From Methanobacteriota archaeon (GTDB taxonomy: Archaea; Halobacteriota; Bog-38; Methanoflorentales; Methanoflorentaceae), in NCBI GenBank assembly GCA_963720465.1, contig OY970393.1, positions 2,016,001 to 2,080,000 on the forward strand: a stretch of 64,000 bases of DNA, read 5' to 3'. Made by a program: the position numbers and the translations under genes. This document shows, piece by piece, positions 60,468 through 64,000 of the stretch; positions within the stretch are counted from its first letter, which is position 1, and each line of letters opens with the position of its first letter. Below the pieces are notes generated by a model. The model was not told where the DNA came from. It saw nothing but the letters and a program-made list of their open reading frames with translations, and did not search any database.

Positions 60468-62847
60468 ACTCCTCTCCCATCCTAAAAAAACGCTGCTTGA
60501 ACACCTCGGCCAGGTCTCGCAAACGTGTCGCGAGACTGCCGCCTCAAAAGAAATCCGCTACAGCGATCTCGGGCTGACGCGTGACTTATTCACGCGCTTT
60601 ATGGAAACAGTCGGAGCGGCACACGACTTTGGCAAGTCGACACGCTATTTTCAAGAGTATCTGCGCGCCGCCGATGATCCGCGCTATACAAAACCCGCAG
60701 AAGCAAATCACGGCGTCATATCAGCGATATTCACCTACCACGCCGTAAAAACGGTCATCGGCGGCACGGATGGCGACGTCGCCGCTTATCTCCCGTACAT
60801 CGGCTTTCTCATCGTGAAGCGGCACCATGGGAATCTTAAGAACGCTAAGGATGAGATTCTGGACGCGGTTCATCCCGACAGCATCGATCGTGTAACAAAC
60901 CAAATCAACAGCATCGACCACGACAGGGTGCAAGGTCTCTACGACGCACTCGTTCTAGGCTTACGCGCCGATGTTTTTTTGCAGGAGCACCGCGCCGTCA
61001 TAAGCCAGCTCAACGAGGATAAGTTCGTTTTTGACGGATGGTTGGGTGCGTACCCGACTCCCGCCGTCTGCATTCTCATGTTGATGAGCTATTCTATACT
61101 AATCAGCGCCGACAAAGCAGAGGCATCGGGCACGAGCGTGCAGCGCTGCGAAGAGGCGCTCGCCGAAGACCTCGTCGAGGTTTATCGGCAGGCGAAGGGG
61201 TATGACGAGGCTGTAACCGACATTGACGGCATGAGAAACGCCATCTACGCGGCGGTATCGGCGTCGATCACTTCGGTGGACCTGGCGACGAAGATCATGT
61301 CCATCACAGCGCCAACCGGCACTGGTAAGACGCTCACTGCGCTCTCGGCAGCGCTGAAGCTCCGCCATATGGTGCACGCTGCGCACGGTTATTATCCGCG
61401 CATCATCTACTGTTTGCCGTTTCTGTCGATCATCGATCAAAACTTCGGCGTTCTTGAAGACGTGTTAACCTGCAATGACATTCCCATAACGAACGACGTG
61501 TTATTGAAACATCACCACCTAGCGGAGGCCTTCTACACGACGCGCGACAATGAATTTGAATCGGATCGGGCCCAGTTCTTGATCGAGGGCTGGGATTCTG
61601 AGATCATCGTCACCACTTTTGTACAGTTCTTTCACTCACTCTTTACGAACAAGAACCGCTCGCTCCGGAAGTTTCACAACATAGTTAACTCGATCATCAT
61701 CTTGGACGAGGTGCAGGCGATCCCTCATAAATATTGGAAGCTCCTGAACGATTTTCTTCGGACCCTCGGGCACATTTTCGCAACATATATCATCTTGGTA
61801 ACTGCAACCCAGCCGCTCATTTTTGAGGGCGACGTAGTCGAGTTGCTGACTGATCGATCTGCATATTTTGAAAAGCTCAATCGTGTGCATCTTTATCCGC
61901 ACGTCAGCGCTTCGTGTACTTTTGCCGAGTTTACCGACACAGTGCAAGCAGATATTGCGCAACACCCAACGAGCAGCTTCCTGATCGTGTTAAACACGAT
62001 CAACTGCGCTCGCGAGATGTATGCGAGCTTGCAGGAGTACGATGACGGTGACACCGTGTACTACTACCTAAGCACGCATGTCACACCGCACGAACGGTTC
62101 CAGCGAATACGCGACATTAAGCGCGGCATAAAACGTGCAGTTATCGTGAGCACCCAACTTGTCGAGGCCGGCGTGGACATCGATGTCGACGTCGTCTACC
62201 GGGACTTCGCGCCACTAGACTCCATCAACCAAGTGAGTGGCCGGTGCAACAGGAACGATCGGAGTGACACACGCGGTATTGTAAACTTATACGTCGTGAA
62301 TGACAAAAAAAAGGACGTTTACAGATACATTTATTCAGGATTGCCTGTAGACAAGACGCGCGAGGTTTTTAAAGCCTACGAAGACGGCGCAACAGCGCAA
62401 CGTGGAATACAGGAAACCTATTTTTTGGACCTCATAAACCGCTATTTCGCAAAGATCAAAGGGGGGCTTTCTGAAGACGAGTCGAAAGAGCTGCTTCAGT
62501 CCATCAAAAAGCTGGAGTTCGACGACGTATCCCACGAGTTTAGGCTGATCGACGAAAAAGGATATGAGAAGTTCGACCTCTTCGTTGAACTCAACGATCA
62601 TGCTGTTAAGACGTGGGAGCGCTACATGCGCGTTCGAAGCGTGGAAAACCCGTTTGAGCGGCGGAGGGCTTTCCTACAAATCAAGCGTGAGTTTTATGAC
62701 TACGTCATTTCCGTACCCGCTCGTGAGGTTTCGAACGACGTTAGGGATTTCGCGTACATAGGAAAGCTTCCTTATGAGCGCCTCGACACGTACTACGATA
62801 AGGCGACGGGCTTTAAACCTCGGTCACACGGAGTTATGATCCTGTGA
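60454..62847 (+). CDS. cas3: Cas3 HD nuclease/helicase
   Basis: SHP..LLEH, HDFGK, RHHG, APTGTGKT, DEVQ, TAT, STQLVEAGVD, QVSGRCNR; start uncertain (60436 or 60454). Confidence 0.95.
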   Translation: MRSCELLSHPKKTLLEHLGQVSQTCRETAASKEIRYSDLGLTRDLFTRFMETVGAAHDFGKSTRYFQEYLRAADDPRYTKPAEANHGVISAIFTYHAVKTVIGGTDGDVAAYLPYIGFLIVKRHHGNLKNAKDEILDAVHPDSIDRVTNQINSIDHDRVQGLYDALVLGLRADVFLQEHRAVISQLNEDKFVFDGWLGAYPTPAVCILMLMSYSILISADKAEASGTSVQRCEEALAEDLVEVYRQAKGYDEAVTDIDGMRNAIYAAVSASITSVDLATKIMSITAPTGTGKTLTALSAALKLRHMVHAAHGYYPRIIYCLPFLSIIDQNFGVLEDVLTCNDIPITNDVLLKHHHLAEAFYTTRDNEFESDRAQFLIEGWDSEIIVTTFVQFFHSLFTNKNRSLRKFHNIVNSIIILDEVQAIPHKYWKLLNDFLRTLGHIFATYIILVTATQPLIFEGDVVELLTDRSAYFEKLNRVHLYPHVSASCTFAEFTDTVQADIAQHPTSSFLIVLNTINCAREMYASLQEYDDGDTVYYYLSTHVTPHERFQRIRDIKRGIKRAVIVSTQLVEAGVDIDVDVVYRDFAPLDSINQVSGRCNRNDRSDTRGIVNLYVVNDKKKDVYRYIYSGLPVDKTREVFKAYEDGATAQRGIQETYFLDLINRYFAKIKGGLSEDESKELLQSIKKLEFDDVSHEFRLIDEKGYEKFDLFVELNDHAVKTWERYMRVRSVENPFERRRAFLQIKREFYDYVISVPAREVSNDVRDFAYIGKLPYERLDTYYDKATGFKPRSHGVMIL

Positions 62848-63500
62848 AATTGAGAGTGTTTACGCTCCGAGTGCTTACCGACGCTCCGATTAACGCGACT
62901 GCGGCACAGTTACGGGGGTTTTTTGCCGCTAAATTCAACGATTTTCAGTTGTTGCACCATCACAACGCGGACAAGGTGATCTACGATTACCCCCGAGTGC
63001 AGTACAAAGTCGTTGATGGTCGGCATCTCGTCCTCGGCATCGATGAGGGAGCAGATGTGCTCGAGGAGATCTATGATCGATACGCGTCACTCCGTCTCGG
63101 GTCAACGACCTACAACGTCATCGGTCAGGAGTTTGGCGTCAAGGAGTGTGAGCTCTCTATCTCCGACGAATATTGTGCGTATACCTTTAAAACACCGTGG
63201 CTAGCGTTAAACCAGACTAACTACTTGAGGTTCTATGCGTGTAAGAACAGGACGGAACGATTCGAACTGTTGTCGCGAACGCTCATCGGTAACCTTCTCT
63301 CGATATCGAAATCCTTCGGGTATACCGTACCGCAGCGCATTGAAGCGGTCGTCCATGTCAACGCCGTAAAAACACGGCTCAAGAGCGTGAGTATTATGGC
63401 GTTCCGTGGAAGCTTCACGACGAACTTTGAGATTCCGGAGCTGTTAGGAGTCGGCAAGTCGGTATCGAGAGGTTATGGGGCGGTACAGAAATGCAACTAG
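62844..63500 (+). CDS. cas6: Cas6 (Cas6b-type) endoribonuclease
   Basis: LRGFF, HHH..YDYPRVQYK, TPWLALNQ.N, GVGKSVSRGYG G-loop. Confidence 0.9.
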   Translation: MKLRVFTLRVLTDAPINATAAQLRGFFAAKFNDFQLLHHHNADKVIYDYPRVQYKVVDGRHLVLGIDEGADVLEEIYDRYASLRLGSTTYNVIGQEFGVKECELSISDEYCAYTFKTPWLALNQTNYLRFYACKNRTERFELLSRTLIGNLLSISKSFGYTVPQRIEAVVHVNAVKTRLKSVSIMAFRGSFTTNFEIPELLGVGKSVSRGYGAVQKCN

Positions 63501-64000
63501 TCCTCAACACGCGTGGCGCCTTCTTGAAGAAGAAGGGTGATGGCTTTGTGATAAAAAATGGGGAGAAATCATACGAGGTAGCGGCACGCAAGGTAGAAAG
63601 CATTCTGATAACGACGTCCGCGACTATCACCACTGATGCCATCAAGTGTGCGATGGAGAACAACATAGACGTTGTGTTTTTAGACCACTTTGGCGACCCC
63701 TTCGGCAGGGTGTGGCACTGTAAACTGGGAAGCACAACCCTCATCAGACGTCGGCAGCTCGAAACGTCCATGAAACCGCGTGGGTTACGGATGGCGCGCG
63801 GCTGGGCCCTCACCAAGATTGAAAACCAAGCGCGGTATCTCAAAGAGCTCAAGAAGAACCACCCCCCGATACAGTCGGACTTACATAAGTATATAGAGCA
63901 GCTCGAGCAATTGAGCGAGAAGATGGCCTCCGTTGGAGGGACGATTGATAAAAATCGCGGCAAAATCATGGGCCTCGAGGGATCGGCGTCGCGACTGTAC
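63491..64000 (+). CDS. cas1: Cas1 (5' part; runs off window)
   Basis: Not in ORF track. MQLVLNTRGAFLKKKG..ITTDAI..NIDVVFLD.FGDPFGR..IMGLEG. Confidence 0.92.
   Translation, partial: MQLVLNTRGAFLKKKGDGFVIKNGEKSYEVAARKVESILITTSATITTDAIKCAMENNIDVVFLDHFGDPFGRVWHCKLGSTTLIRRRQLETSMKPRGLRMARGWALTKIENQARYLKELKKNHPPIQSDLHKYIEQLEQLSEKMASVGGTIDKNRGKIMGLEGSASRLY

Noticed and set aside
1-64000. Stop-codon recoding (Pyl/Sec)
   Set aside because: Conserved genes such as leuS, glyA and hom end normally at TAG, others at TGA; no read-through pattern

Overview
Archaeal chromosome segment from a methanogen (inferred Halobacteriota/Methanomicrobia-type lineage). 1-7.3 kb: methyl-CoM reductase activation/marker cluster (HAD, atwA, Mmp3, 6, 5, 15, 17, 7). 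The middle is mostly housekeeping: nob1, leuS, two tRNA-Arg (one with a BHB intron), nrpR-glnA with an NrpR operator, an HSR1-type heat-shock operon (ArsR-CDC48-Hsp20) with its operator, elp3, hom, glyA-serB and a complete archaeosine operon (tgtA-arcS-RaSEA). Two accessory patches are present: 22.7-24.3 kb, and a decaying island at about 49.6-56.9 kb. The island leads into a type I-B CRISPR-Cas operon (cas8b-7-5-3-6-1, cut off by the window end; no array visible). The best candidate for a new system is a second, stand-alone TGT-fold gene (28.6-29.6 kb) coupled to a HAD phosphatase. It keeps the nucleophile Asp and the zinc site, but its guanine-recognising residues are replaced. Other highlights: an 86-bp IS903-like MITE with a perfect 9-bp target duplication beside the heat-shock promoter, a hidden Cas11 start inside cas8b, a 6TM K+ channel with an uncharged voltage sensor, and an unannotated PD-(D/E)XK nuclease pseudogene. 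All family assignments come from motif recognition by eye; no database searches were run.
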